A stretch of DNA of 64,000 nt from NCBI GenBank assembly GCA_043228905.1, contig JBHGNT010000004.1, positions 24,676,001 through 24,740,000 on the forward strand. The letters are read 5' to 3'. A program made the translations under genes and the position numbers. This stretch comes from Azolla caroliniana. Taxonomy: Eukaryota; Plantae; Polypodiophyta. Below are positions 38,201-51,643 of this stretch, in pieces. The notes beneath the pieces were generated by a model. It was not told where the DNA came from. It saw nothing but the letters and a program-made list of their open reading frames with translations, and ran no database searches. The number at the start of each line of letters is the position of its first letter. The first letter of the stretch is position 1.

Positions 38201-41200
38201 GCATTCTATTGTTTTTTCACATTGTGCTTAGGATTAGGATCCTCATATTCAGCTTCGCCTCTGATAGGGCTGGAAGTTTCCTCCAACCTTTACCTTGCAG
38301 GCCTCAATCTCCTCCTGATGACGTAAGGCAAACACCTGAAAGCCCTCAAGATGAACTGAACCATGATTTTCGAGGTCTCAAAGCGTCCTCTCCAGCAAAC
38401 TTGGCTTGCTTGACAATTATCAAATTCTAACTTGGATGTTGCTAGAGAGAAACGTGGTTTCAAAGGCTAGGGTTAGCTCTGATACCAATGCTAGAAATAG
38501 AAGAGTAACAGGCTGATTATTGAACTATAAGCTGCCAGAAAACAGAAGATAAGAAATGTAAATTTGTATTAAAGGAAATTTTAGACTTGCTAATTACAAG
38601 ATTAAGAGGAAAAATGAGCTGAGAGTTCTCAGGAAAAGAAAACCTATGTCTCATCCTCTTTTGGCAAAAGTTTCATCTCAACACAAAAACCTGAAAAAAT
38701 TGAAATACGATAAAAATACTTTTAAACTGAGATAGTCTCACCAAAGCACCGTCAAATTGAGTCCTATAGTCCAACATGCCTTAAAAGGAAAATTAAATCT
38801 GTTATGAAAACCTCTCATGACTATTACACACTCTTTGGGAGTGGTTAAATTACTTTGATGATTTTTTATTGGATGATAAAATATCATATGAGATCAAAGA
38901 CATTTTGAGAAAGTTTTTCCGTTTCTTCAAATTTCCTTGATCTCATATGACATTTTTTTTCCAAAGCAAAAGTTTTAAACTCTTATTGTGTTCACTCACA
39001 CCTTTTGTGTTTCACCTTATTCCTGGTGGTTTATCAGCCTCAAATTGTAATCTTTTTATTCTTCTAGGTGGGCGACGATTTCCGTCTCAGCCATTGCACT
39101 TCGGGCATTGTTATTTCCATTAAGGATCATCCAAGAAAAAAAAGTAGAAGAGATCAAGAAGCATGCACCGAAACGTGAGTGCTATGTATAATCACAAAAT
39201 TATATGCAAGTCATTTCTTGAAATGTGTCTCTCCTCATAATATGTAAGAGACTTTAGGATAGTCACAAACTGTGGAATTGTTTTCTATAAGATTCATTTA
39301 TAGAATGATTTGAGATGTTCTATTTTCTTTTCCTTTCTTTTAGTGAAGTTAGAACTTCTTGCAAGGGGAGCTTTTCAGTGGAGGTTTCTGGAAGAATACC
39401 GATCACTAAGAAGTAGGAGACTGGAGCTGAGCAGTCCGAACCTTTTGTGGATGATCGGTCCAGGAATTTTTATACAGGTTTCAAGACTATTCTATCAAAC
39501 ACTTGTAATTCATCAGTAATATGTGTCGAACCGAGTTTTGATTTGCACATAGATCGGGATGTACTATATCTAGCAAAGAAGTAGAAGCCTCTATCTGGTT
39601 TTTATGTACCAATTTATATAAAAAATTCATAGGTAGACATAGAGACAATTATTAGAATAGTTCATTAACACAATTATGAAAACCCCATTTGATTGAAGTT
39701 TCAAATATATGTTTTATTGTACCTATTATTCTTTGAAAATGATAAGGGATATTCAGCCTATTTCCTCCTATGCTAAATGGGATTTTACTATAATTAAGTA
39801 ATTATTATTTTCCTCTGTTTCTTTTAGAGATGGCATAAATCAAGTTGTGATACAACTCTGTTTGCAGGTACCGGTTGTGTTAATGATAATGTACACATTG
39901 AGAACTATGGCATTGGATCAACATACCGGGTTTTCTTCTGTAAGTATTTAACAACCGTTATATAATCTGTTGTTACTACGTCATATGAACCTTCATATAT
40001 TTCAATGTTTGGGTTGATTTTCACATCCAATATTCAGTGGTATCAGGCAATACAAATCTACTTAATTCAAAACATGAATTCTGAAATTGACTGATAAGAA
40101 CATTAAGGGTTCTCTGGTTTTTTTGACACTGATACAACTTACTTTGCCAACATGATCACAAATAAAACTTCTATAAAGAATTCTGAAAGAGAGGTAATAA
40201 TAGATTGCAGCATTGATCACTGTATGTATTTGTTTACTATTGATATTTTCTATCATCTGATCGATGTACACTTAAATAGTAATCAGTACCTCAAAATTTC
40301 TTAAGATTCTGCAATCAACTTATCCATAGTGCATCAAATGAGGTTCTCTTATTTGTTTGACAAGTTTCTATGTGAATGTTCATGAAGGATATTTAACTTG
40401 TGATATGCTTGTGTCTGTTTAGAAAGAGAAGATTAACTGTGGGGATTCTAGTATATATGAAGTGTTTCTTGTTTTTCGTTTTTCGTTTTTCTATGTTTTG
40501 GATAATAGGGTGGAATGCTATGGTTTGAAAACCTTACTGTTCCTGGAGATGGGCTCACAGGCATGGTCTTGCCACTTATAATAGCGGGCACCTACTTTGC
40601 CAACACACATGTATTGGAATTCCACATTTCTTTCTTCTTGCAAATTTCATTTACAGCATTAAATCTAGGGTTTTCCTCCCTTACTTTGCCTTGTGTGTAG
40701 AAATTTAGGTGCTATTCCAAGGGCGTCCTGTGAGGCCGGGGCCGTATGGCACCTTTTTGAAGGTATATTCCACAGTAATGGTTATGTACTTGGCGAGCAA
40801 AGCATATAATTTAGATTGTCTTTCCATTTCTATTATAGGTTTGGGAAACTATGCTGAAATTCTCCACATGTTTCATCTTCTTGTCATTCTACCACGTACC
40901 TCAGGTAAATAAGTACATTTAAAAAATTTACTCTTTCCTCTTTCCTCTTTTTGGGAGAGTATTGAAAGTTCTCCTAACTCCTGATATACATCTGGTGTTG
41001 AACAGGCCACTCACATGTTCTTTGTGCCTCATAGCATTATGACATTGTCTCAGGTTGATATCTGTATACCTTGCATTAGAATTATCTGTGTCATGTAACA
41101 TTTAGGCAATATCTAAAAGTTAGTAAAATTTAGCTGCTATGTTAGAGGCACTTGTCATATTTCCTCACTTATCAAAAGCTATCTTTTTTATGTATATATT

Positions 41201-43513
41201 GTTTTTGTCCATATTTCTAGTTTGAACTCATGGAAGCATTACTCTCACCTTGCAGACTTTATTCTTTGAGCACAAGAAGGTTTCACTAAGTTTGGGAAGG
41301 AATCAAGCATCTGTGCGTCAAGATCAAATAATTGATAATACAAATAATCCTGCAGAACTAAGCTCATACGAAAAACTTCTCAAGGTTCGAATTTCTCAAT
41401 CTAGTTTATACTACATGACCCATGTATGACTTCATGGGCTACCCTTTTATACTACAGTTGTTGGCGTAAAAGTTAATCAGTGAATATGTATTTTTCTGGA
41501 ATACATGTGAGAATTATACATTTTTAATAAATGACCAGGAAAAAGAATCAGAGGGTTATAAGTTGTATCCATGCTTTCGATAGCTAAGTGTTGGCTTTCG
41601 TTTTCAAAGAATAGAGGCAATAGAATCTATGCATCAACATGAAAGCATCTGCAGTTCTACTGGATGTAAAAATATGGATTGTTTTAAAGAAAAATAATGG
41701 CAACAAATTCTTCTTATGGTTTGGAATGGTGCTATTGGTGGTTTTGTAAGAGATGCCTCCGACCATGGGAGTCCACTCTGGCAGATCACAGAGTCACACC
41801 ATGTACAAAGCTGCCCTCTACTGAGGGGAGAGTATGATGGGCAAGTCTCTTTCTTACCCGGAGGTTGATATCTCAGAGCAGTATGACTAGAATTGTGATT
41901 TATTGTTTCACGACAGGTGGCTGATGACATATATTAGGCAGCTGATGATTAGAGCATGATTATAAGGCTTGCTTTGAACTAGTAGAATGAGCTACCTTCC
42001 TAAACATCAACCTATCACTTTTAAAGTACGAAGGTCATTGTAAAGCTCATTCATAAGAAGCTTAAAATTAAAGTAGGACGGTACATATAAGGTTATTCAT
42101 AAAGCCCCTCCCCCTTAATCCTACTATAGAAACAGCAATGTGATGATCTTTAATCAGGGGGAATATAATTAAGCTTATTGCTACTATACCGTGCTTGAGC
42201 AACCTTCTCTCCACTTCGTGTGAATGAGCTTTACAATGACCTTCGTACATTAATAGTGATAGGTTGATGTTTAGGAAGGCGGCTCATTCTACTTGTTCAA
42301 AGTGAGCATTACAATCATGTTCTAATTTAAAAGTGGTCTATTGATGTTTAGACGGCAGTTAATTCCATTAATTCCAAAACAACCCTCTTTTCTACCTTTT
42401 AGACTTCCATCCTACATTTATAGAATTGTCATATTTGCATAATATCCTGTCAGATGGCTTACAAATGAAAACGCTTTTGATCACCAAGAATCTTAGATGA
42501 TTGTACATCCGAAAATTAATTGTTGCATGATGTTTGTCCAACTTTAGTTTTCTCTGTTTTAATAATTGTCTACAGTAACCGCATATGAGTTTGGTAGATT
42601 AAGCTTTTACAATTCTGTAATTTTAATTCTTTATTACGTTTGCAGGAAGCTGGAACACATTTCTCTTCAGGGAACTCCTCTAAGGCGATTGAAGTGTTAA
42701 TGTATGTTTTGAATAGGCATTCGTGAAGCTACAAAGCCATGTGTTAAGATTTTGATCTGATAAATTTGATCAGGAATGCTATCAAAGAAGAGCCCGAGGA
42801 AGATCAAGCATACGCTTTACTAGGATTAGTTTATAAAACCAGGAAAGACTGGGTGAATTCAGCATTTTATTACCAGAATGCAATCCTGAAGGTAAAGCAA
42901 GTGCCATGTTTGAAGTTGTTTTGTGTCTGGTGTACATAGATATAGAAGAGAAGTCAAATAAATCAGTTTTCTTTATGAAATCATCTATGTTCAGGGCAAA
43001 ACAGATGATTTCAAGATTGCTGCACATGCTGGATGTGGGTTAGCTTTATTGAAACATGTATGTATTCCATGAATGAAAATTTGATTTCGGAATCAACAAA
43101 TGTATATAAATATTTGTTTTGAATTTTCACTAACTTCATGGTGGGTATTGATTTGATCCCTATTCCGGATGGCTAACAGGAGCCCTATTACTGACATTTC
43201 CCATGTAAAAATTGTCTTGATTTATTTTCATAGGGAGCTGTTGATAAATGCATCGAAACAATGAGAGCAATAAGGAGTTTCAAAGTGCCGCTTAATCCAG
43301 AAATTAAGCACTTATATTATGCATCATTGATTATTTTAGGAAGGTTAGTCTGCTTTCATTTATTTATTTTATTACATGAGAGATAAATCTACGAAAAACT
43401 AAAAAATGTACCTTTTCCTTTGAAGGGCTTTGTCCGAGGCAGGCCTTGATGAGGAGGCTCAGGAAGTCAAGGCATTAGCACAACAACTAAATCCAGACAA
43501 TACTAATGATTGA
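35227..43513 (+). CDS. OXA2/ALBINO3-like (YidC/Oxa1/Cox18 family) membrane insertase with C-terminal TPRs, ~482 aa; exons 35227-35528, 39068-39174, 39344-39477, 39868-39939, 40509-40610, 40709-40762, 40839-40904, 41006-41053, 41256-41384, 42646-42701, 42774-42891, 42995-43057, 43234-43343, 43426-43513
   Basis: Mitochondrial-type presequence (MALCSRIRHPARLFR); LDYFHNLTGLPWWATISVSAIALRALLFPL; IQVPV; GGMLWFENLT; TPR-like AIKEEPEEDQAYALLGLVYKTRKDWVNSAFYYQNAI. All 13 introns GT-AG and the phases add up to an open 1449-nt CDS. Confidence 0.85.
35568..35810 (+). repeat. ~120-bp tandem duplication at the start of OXA2-like intron 1
   Basis: AATTTCATATC.GAGAAAATAT.GCACC...AAGGGGTCAACATT...GTAAAAACTTTT twice. 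Confidence 0.85.
35943..38776 (-). mobile_element. Antisense LTR retroelement remnant(s) in OXA2-like intron 1
   Basis: Minus-strand LTR 38776-38489 (TG...CA) followed by perfect PBS TGGTATCAGAGC (38487-38476); related but diverged LTR-like copy at ~35943-36375 (shared GAGTAACA.GCTGATTA...CTGCCAGAAAAC and TCACCAAAGC). Confidence 0.65.
41952..42322. mobile_element. Fold-back MITE (PIF/Harbinger Tourist-like) in OXA2-like intron 9
   Basis: ~105-bp terminal inverted repeats GAGCATGATT...GTAAAGCTCATTCA / TGAATGAGCTTTAC...AATCATGTTC, flanked by TTA and TAA. Confidence 0.8.
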
Positions 43514-46500
43514 TTTGGCTAGTAAGACCCATTTGAACATTTTACAATTCTCTATCACGTTTGACTTTCTTGTGGGTTGGTTTGGGCTTGCTTCAAACAG
43601 GTTAAAGCTCATTTCCAAACCAATAGTTAAACAGGTTAAATATTTGAAGATAATACTACTGTTGAAGCCAATATTTACTTTGTCTGTTTTAGTTTGCGAG
43701 CTGAGATATGCAAGAGGCTCTTAATTTGTAGCAAATATTTGTAATTAGATGGGTATTATGAAAGGAATTCAATAAAGATGTGGTCTTGTTCTTGCAAAAT
43801 GTGAGAAGGCTGTTTTAATGCTTTTGTGAAATACTGAGACATCAAGATTTATTACAGGCACTAGTATGCATGTGAGACTAGATCCACCAAAATTGTGTAC
43901 TTATATTTGAATTCCCACTGCTGAATCTTTTTTACACCAGTGGTGTGGTTCAAGAACTTGCCTGAGCTATGGTTCTAACAAGTACCAAAGTTTGTACAAA
44001 GATATATGATGGGCACCAGTGTTTGTCAAGACAACACATTCCTATTGGGCACAATCATCATTAGCCTTTATGGCTTGGAGGGTCATTTATGTCTCAATTG
44101 CCTTCTGTTTCATCGAGAATTTAAACTTGGATGTAAGGCTAGACATGGTGGATTTCAACACTCTTGATGAGGTGATGATTGTTTTTAGAGGGATAGTACG
44201 TGAGAATATTCTTATTAATTTTTATCGCATTGTTAATATTATTTGCAATCACTGTATTATAGTAATATATTTAATGCCAATGCCAATGCTAATGCTTTTT
44301 TTGAAGAATCAGATTTATTTTCCTATCTTGTTCTACAAGTTCATAAGTCTCTTTTTGTGGTACATAGTTGCAATTGTGGTACTCAACGTCACTTCTCTTT
44401 TCGTTATGTGTTCCACAAGTGCACAATTATGGGAATAACAAGATGGAGATATTTCCATAACCTTGATTAGTTCTAGTTGTGCTAGGTGATGGCATCAGTT
44501 GTGATTCTCTCCAGAGATTTGTAGGGCCGCATCAAACTCATGTTGGGAGTAAGTCTGTAATAGCATAAATAGTGACAACCTCTATTAGTCTAGTTGGTTT
44601 AGTTCTTCAACATTTTTTAGCAACTCTTTCAGGCACCTCCTTTGCTGTGGCAAATACCAAGTGGGGTAATGTTTGAATAGAAGTTCCTTGTGCATGATAC
44701 ACTTGAATATGCAAGATTACACGAGGGCTGTTTCTTCGTTTTACAGCCTTGCATATCTAAATGTCACTTGTAGAGCCACTAACTCTATGAGTGAGAACTT
44801 GCATTCTTGTAGTGTGTGGGTTACTTGGGATATTAATTTGTGTTCGTCTTTGTCTTCTCATACTTTCTTTATGCCATTGTGGATGGTTTGGATCGATAAT
44901 AAGGGGTGGTTGGACATTGTAGCTAGTCAATTGCAATATCTACTCCAAAAGCTATTACTCATGAAGTCAAGTATCTTGTATATAGATGGGACACTCATGA
45001 CATCTTTTGTAAAGAGGTATAGGAGGGCAGACATGAAACTTGGCACATAATTACTAGGTCAGTATGTGAATTAATTGTAAATTTGATCTTGGCTTTTATT
45101 TATATTCAGTGTAAACCTAGTCCAACATTTTGGGGTATTATGCCCAATACACAAACCATTGATTTATGCTTTCCACATTATCTAATACATTCAAGCCTTT
45201 GATTTGCGCATTGCTACAATATTCAAGTATCTCCATCAAGCGTCACTCGTCATTGACCTTGAATGTATCCAAGGTAGGGAGGATGACTTCTAGGAGGTGA
45301 TCAGTTGGGAGGGAAGCCCCCTTTCTTGGGGAATGCACCACTTCACAAATGTATTCCATTGAAAAATGGAATTTGGTGGGTGGCTCATTGTTGAGTCATC
45401 CTATGATCTCTAAGGTAGCCTATCTAGGAACCTCAAGAGTAGCTCAACGTGAATTCCCCATGGGGTGATACTCGAACATAAATTTTCACTTTCAAGAGAC
45501 ATAAAACCAATTCTTCAAAATGTGTGCAAAATTGAATTGTGAATTCCAACAAAGTAATTCTTGGCTTGTTACGAAGAATTTTCAACTTCCTAATATTAAT
45601 CGTTTATATTGGCTATGTGATATCGATAGATCATGATGAGTTATGTCATATAGTGAGGTCATGTTGTGACAAGATAAACACAAGTAGAAGAGTTGTGGGA
45701 ATACAAAACATTGCCTTATGGAAATATGATGCATGGTATTTAATCAAGTTGTTGAATGGAAAACAACCAACCCATGCCAAAGGGTGTCTAAATTGAAGAC
45801 TCCTAAACATAATGTACTAGAGGTTCCTAAGGGCTACATGAAACCATAAGAAACAATTATGATGAAGTTCCACATTGAGGGGTTTACTACATTGAGATGC
45901 ACATGGTGTGGCACAAATGGAAATCTAGGGTTCCTTTTGTTGCATGATCTACAAGAGATGTATGAATGAAGCGGGTTAAAAATGAATGGGAAACTTGGTA
46001 TGCCAAGAGAAGCTTTTATGTTTGAACTAAACACAACTAAAATTGTATCGCAAGCTCAAAGTCTTTGTGGAAACCCATGGATAGCATATGTGTTGTACAA
46101 ATGACACATACTTTTATCTTTGATGAGCAAAATACATTAAGTCATGTTAACAAACATATAAAGTTGGTTAAGATACATATATATAATAACCCTATAAATC
46201 TTCTCATGAGAACTCTAGCAATAGAGGATTTATAGGTAATCTCATGGATTTTGTACTCTAGTACATGTACATAATTGGTCTTTATTCTCCTTTTAGAAGA
46301 AACGTTTCTATAAGAGGGAGGTTATGGAGCTAAAGGCAAATGCAAGCCCATTATGGTATTCAAAGTAGTGAGGACTTTTGATTCAATTATACATAGTCTT
46401 TATTTAATGAGTAAAGGTGCTTCCTCATTTGTGCCTCGCACTACATTGCATGCTTGTTCTCATTCTCTCTCCTATGCTTGAGCATTTACATAGCCAGGGT

Positions 46501-49354
46501 TTCTAAGAACAATTGAGATTGGTAGCGTTAAAGCTCCTAGATATATCTAATGGCATTATATACACATCCAAGAAAATACAAGACAATATATGACATGTTC
46601 AAAAGAGTGGGTGTTGAATGACTCTAGTGATTAACTACACTATTAATGGGATTCTATGATATTCGAAACAAATATGGAACAAACCTAAATTGAGGCACTA
46701 ATACTCCCAAAAAGAAAAACATGAGCCACTTTAGTAGCATTGTAATGTTGGTTTATTGCAAAGATTATAACTAAGATGCCCACAAAATCTCAAATATTTG
46801 GACAATAGACAGATCCATTGATTATGAACCATTAAACAACTTAAGCATATAGACAATGCTCGATAAAATAGTTGTGATAGGTAAAACCAAATAGAGGTTA
46901 ACCTCCACATGAATACAAATGGTCTCAAGTGCTAAACAATAATTCCTCTCCAAACATATTTTGAGCTTTTAAACATACATGTTCCATAATTAATGACTCC
47001 ATGTTTTCAAGGTTTGGTGTGGCCTTAGTTATAGACAAACAAATATAATGATAATGTTTAACAATCATCCTGAAATTGAATATCATTGCATATGCATCTT
47101 GGTCTTGAATGGTATCCCTTAACCCCTCCCCCACAAATCCCCAATCATCAAGTTGTACATTATTCCTTAAGCTTGTTTGTTGGTTTCTTTTATGATGATA
47201 ACATATTTTCCATTACTTAAGAAAGTGAAGAAGACAAAAGTTCCCACCTCAAAGGGCATGGAAATATCATTTCCTACCAAGTTCCAAGGTCATGACTCGT
47301 AAGACAACTAATTTTCATGTTATTCTTAAATAATCATTTCCTACCAAGTTCTATGGTCATTGTCTCTCTTGGTGGCAACAAACAATGTCAAATTTGCATG
47401 CTCCTTCTTGAGAGAAATTTTTTCAATTTTTGCATCCCATATAATAAATGTGATCATATGTGTGTCTCATGATGCATCATATAGTAATATCATCATCCAC
47501 ACAACTAGACACAACATTTGAAGATTTACAAACAACTATATTCCTTTCAAATAAGGTTTTCATGCTCTGAACACCTATAAGGGTCATATGTTGATCTATT
47601 TGTAGGAATGAGTAGCTTGATATAGTGCTAACAAGATCCCTAACTAGATAGCATGTAAATATCCTACACTCTTGAATTGGAGAATATGGCCAAACATATC
47701 GCATGCATTGTATGACAAAGAAATGTAAAGCCGGCACATATAAACTTAGACACATGCATTTCTATTACTTCATGAACATAATGGATCAATGTATATGCCT
47801 CAAATCTTGGAATATCTAATATTGTCCCATAAAAAACAAAACCTATTCATATTGGTTGCAAACTTGTAGTACTTCGAGGATATATGACTTCATCTAACTA
47901 ATCATAAATAGATTTTGCACAAAATTATTGCTAGCATAATTTCCCCAATTCAAAGGAATCCAATACTTTATTAGACACCACGGAAATCATGCACCATTTG
48001 CCACATGCACACTGCAAGTGATTCTTCTAAAATAAATTATTTTTGCTTGATTATTCCACTATCGCAATTGCATTGTAAAGTCCCCGAACAAGCCCATTTA
48101 ACATAGAGCCCAAATATTTAGATAATACATTGAGTCAGAACGTTACATCTACTTGGCATCTAACATGAAGATTTCTCTGTTGATGCCATGCATATTTCCT
48201 TAAGACTACAACAATCCTACAAGGTCTCTTGTAAGCTATTGTAAATACTTGCAGTATATGGACGTGTATTTGATTTTTATGGAAAATATAATATCCTATG
48301 ACCTGAAGTTGTTAAATTCTAGAAATTCATGAAAATATGATGCTCAATTTGTGCTCCATCTTTTGGAACACAACTTTGATTCAGGCTTTCCAATCATTGA
48401 ATCCAAAATCACGAGATAGATTTGACTTTCTTTATTTCCTCCTTAAACCATTGTGTTGTTGTAAGTGCTCACTACAACACTTCCTTTTCTAGGCCTTCTC
48501 TCAAAAAATCTAGTTAGTTAATCCCTCAAAAGCCCCAAACACGACTTACTAATTATCGGCTACAGTTTTGAGCTCCACTTTAACAAAGCGAAATCGGTTC
48601 CTTCAAAGCTCAAAAGGACGTCCCATTGCAGCCCTCAGTTAATTCCACTGAAGGGCCTAAACCAATGAGATTGACTTTTGCCTGTCTTTTGAAGATCGAC
48701 ATGTCTTCCGAGGGAGGATGATCACAACATGAAGCTTATGATCGCGAGATGGAGCAAAGAGGTAGATGGTCTTGTGGTTCGGGAAACATATAATGTTATG
48801 GTATATGCCAATCCGACACTATAGGGGGGGTGCATGCTATATGCCATATAGTGCGAGAGAGACTGATTCAACCAACACACTTGTGATTGGGACACATGAG
48901 ACAAAGGGCACATTCCCTAAATATCCATGTCAGTCAATCTATAGTATATACACACACCTTATCCAATGGCCAACATTAGGAAAAACATCATAAAAACTAA
49001 CAAACCAAAGCGTCCTCAAACTCTTTAATATAATAATAACGAGCAAAAATAAAAAGTAATTGTTTTTATTTCCGGCAATTTTGTTTTCGAATGCGCCCGT
49101 TTTTATTCGCTTTTTTCTTTAGTGGGCGGGGAGATATCTTTTCCTTTTGTGCATTTCTTTTATTTATTTTTATTTTGTTTTTGTTGTTTGGGTTTCGCAG
49201 GAGACCTGGCCAAGAAAAAGGGAGGCTTCCCTTTTCATTCTTCTGCTTTTATTTTTTCCATTAATTAGTGGAATTAAAATTAAAATACATGTACATACAT
49301 ATGTACATAATTGAGCAAAAATGGAGGTTAACCAAATAAATAAATAAATAAATA

Positions 49355-49515
49355 TCCACGTCAGTAATTGCAGCACGAGAGTGGCGTGGCGTGGGCCCCT
49401 CCACCATCTAACGGCGATGGACGGCGACGCTAGCTGACGTGGACACCATCCGGTGGCAGCAGCTTCGGCGTGAGCCCACGTGGCTCCACGTGATTCGCCA
49501 GATCGCCGCCGTCAG
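49355..49515 (+). promoter_or_regulatory. Cluster of ACGT-core elements (G-box/ABRE/C-box-like) upstream of the LBD gene
   Basis: CCACGTCA (~49356), GCGTGGC, TGACGTGG (~49435), CCACGTGGC (~49476), CCACGTGA (~49486) in a GC-rich island ~0.8 kb before the ATG. Confidence 0.55.
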
Positions 49516-50293
49516 AGTTGGTCCCACACATACATTACACAGAGAAGGGGGGGCGACCAAATCCTTTGGATTTTTCTCTTTCTTTCTTTCTTTCTTTTTT
49601 GTTCTTCTCTGTTTTTCTGTGTTCTTCCTTTGTTTCTTTAAATCAGCCCCCCTCCCCCCCCACCCCCCTATTTAGTCTTCTTCTCGCACGCATTCATGAT
49701 CCTGTTATATACACATATGTATGTATATACATATATTAATTATATGACAACAATTAATCTTTGTTGTCTTTTATTATCCCCTTTTTAAATCCTAATGTTC
49801 AACATTAGGTTTTAAATTGCTCTGCGGGTCCCATTATTCAATTTTTTTAGTTAATAATACTAATAATAATAATTGGGTTTATCCTAAGGTTCAAGCTTTA
49901 GGTTAAAAGAAACAGCAATTATCCTTATTGTTGTTGTTCCTCCTTTATTCTTTTGTCCTAGCAATCGATATTAAACCTGACCAATTATTTTTGCGGCTTA
50001 ATTATACAATACTAAAACCAATTGTTGTTGTTTTTATTATTATCCTACGGTCCCACCTTAGGTTCAAAATAATAATAATTTTTCGGGAGCTTCTCGGCGT
50101 ATCATATCGCATATCGCCTGGGGGCGACCCAAATCGATTTAATTGTAATAAAAAACACTAAAATTCAGAAAAACAGAAAAAAATCTATTAAACAATTTAT
50201 TACACACACACACACATATATATAAGAGGATTCTCTGTAGATTTTTCTTGAAAAAGATCGTCAATTATTACACTGGAGAGTTCGGAAGTAGAG

Positions 50294-51643
50294 ATGGGTC
50301 ACAGGGGCGCCGCCGCCGCCGCTTTCCAGATGAGCGGCGCCGCTGCGAGCGAAGCCACCGATCAATTAGGCGGCGGCGGCGGTGGCGCTTCGAACTCCCA
50401 CAGATTAATGTTCAAGGGCAACAGCATGCCGGCGGAAATGGACATGAACGTAACGTCGTCCACGGCGGCGGCCCAGGAGCAGGCGCCGCCGCCGCCGCCG
50501 CCGTGCTGGCCCACTGGAACGGCGGCGAGCGCGCGGCTTCTATACGAGGCGGCGGCGGACCACAATAGCAACGGCGACACGGGGCGGCGCAGCTCCCGCG
50601 ACTGCGGCGGCGGCGCACCCTGCGGCGCCTGCAAGTTCCTGCGCCGCAAGTGCGTGAAAGGCTGCGTCTTCGCGCCCTACTTCGGGGCGGAGCACGGCGC
50701 CGCCCGGTTCGCGGCGGTGCACAAGATCTTCGGGGCCAGCAACGTGTCGAAGCTGCTGGGGAGGATCCCGCCGCAGAAGCGCTTCGAGGCGGTCATCACC
50801 ATCTCCTACGAGGCGCAGGCGCGGATCAGCAACCCCGTGTACGGCTGCGTGGCGCAGATCGCGGAGCTGCAGAAGCAGGTAAAAACAAAAATAATACTAA
50901 TCAGGACTCTAATCTATCTAATCTGTGAAGGCCCGATCCGGTCGGTTGGAAATTGTGTGACTCAAAATGTGGGGGAAGGGATCGTACAGGTCCTGGAGCT
51001 GCAGAACCAGCTGAGCATCGTGCAGGCGCAGCTGGCGAGCAGCAGGCAGATCGCGGCGGCGGCGAGCCTGGCGATGCAGCAGGCGCAGTCGACTCACGCG
51101 GCGGCGGCGGCGCCATCGTCGGCCATGTTTGCGGCGTATGATCCGGCGGCGGAACATGGAGGGCGCGGTGCCAATAACAACAACAACAACAACAACAACA
51201 GCAACAACGTGGGCATGATAGACCCCCCCGTTCATATGCACCATTTGTCCATCAATTACCCAACGCGCTCGCTACTGATGATCAAGGCCGAGGACTCGGA
51301 CCCTAACCCTACCCACCACAACCACACCATACCAATGTATGACATCTCCATTGGCCCCCCTTGTAGCACCACCCTAGTGTCTGGGCCCTTGTCCGGTCCC
51401 GGCCCCGCACCAGCTCCCCATGCCCACCCCCACCCCCACTACCTCAACCATTTGCACTCCTCGCACCACCACCACCACCACCACGATCACAAGTCCGATG
51501 GCCATCACCACCAACCCCCACCTGCACCCACCGCGACCTCCTCTTCAAACTCGTCCTCCGACCTCCACCCCTTACAGCTCCACACCACCACCAGTTGCAC
51601 ACAACATGCTTGTTTCGGTGACCCTTCCCCATCTTCTCATTGA
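50294..51643 (+). CDS. LOB-domain (LBD/ASL) class I transcription factor, LBD16/18/29/30-like; exons 50294-50878 and 50990-51643 (~412 aa)
   Basis: C-block [40 protein letters not shown] block, YEAQAR..NPVYGC, leucine zipper IAELQKQ|[15 protein letters not shown] split by a GT-AG intron at the usual LQxQ|V position; Ala/Asn/His/Pro-rich C-terminus. Confidence 0.93.
   Translation: MGHRGAAAAAFQMSGAAASEATDQLGGGGGGASNSHRLMFKGNSMPAEMDMNVTSSTAAAQEQAPPPPPPCWPTGTAASARLLYEAAADHNSNGDTGRRSSRDCGGGAPCGACKFLRRKCVKGCVFAPYFGAEHGAARFAAVHKIFGASNVSKLLGRIPPQKRFEAVITISYEAQARISNPVYGCVAQIAELQKQVKTKIILIRTLIYLICEGPIRSVGNCVTQNVGEGIVQVLELQNQLSIVQAQLASSRQIAAAASLAMQQAQSTHAAAAAPSSAMFAAYDPAAEHGGRGANNNNNNNNNSNNVGMIDPPVHMHHLSINYPTRSLLMIKAEDSDPNPTHHNHTIPMYDISIGPPCSTTLVSGPLSGPGPAPAPHAHPHPHYLNHLHSSHHHHHHHDHKSDGHHHQPPPAPTATSSSNSSSDLHPLQLHTTTSCTQHACFGDPSPSSH

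Noticed and set aside
44019-48400. Several short ORFs between the OXA2-like and LBD genes
   Set aside because: No convincing motifs; probably very old TE/PPR debris that I cannot classify by eye.
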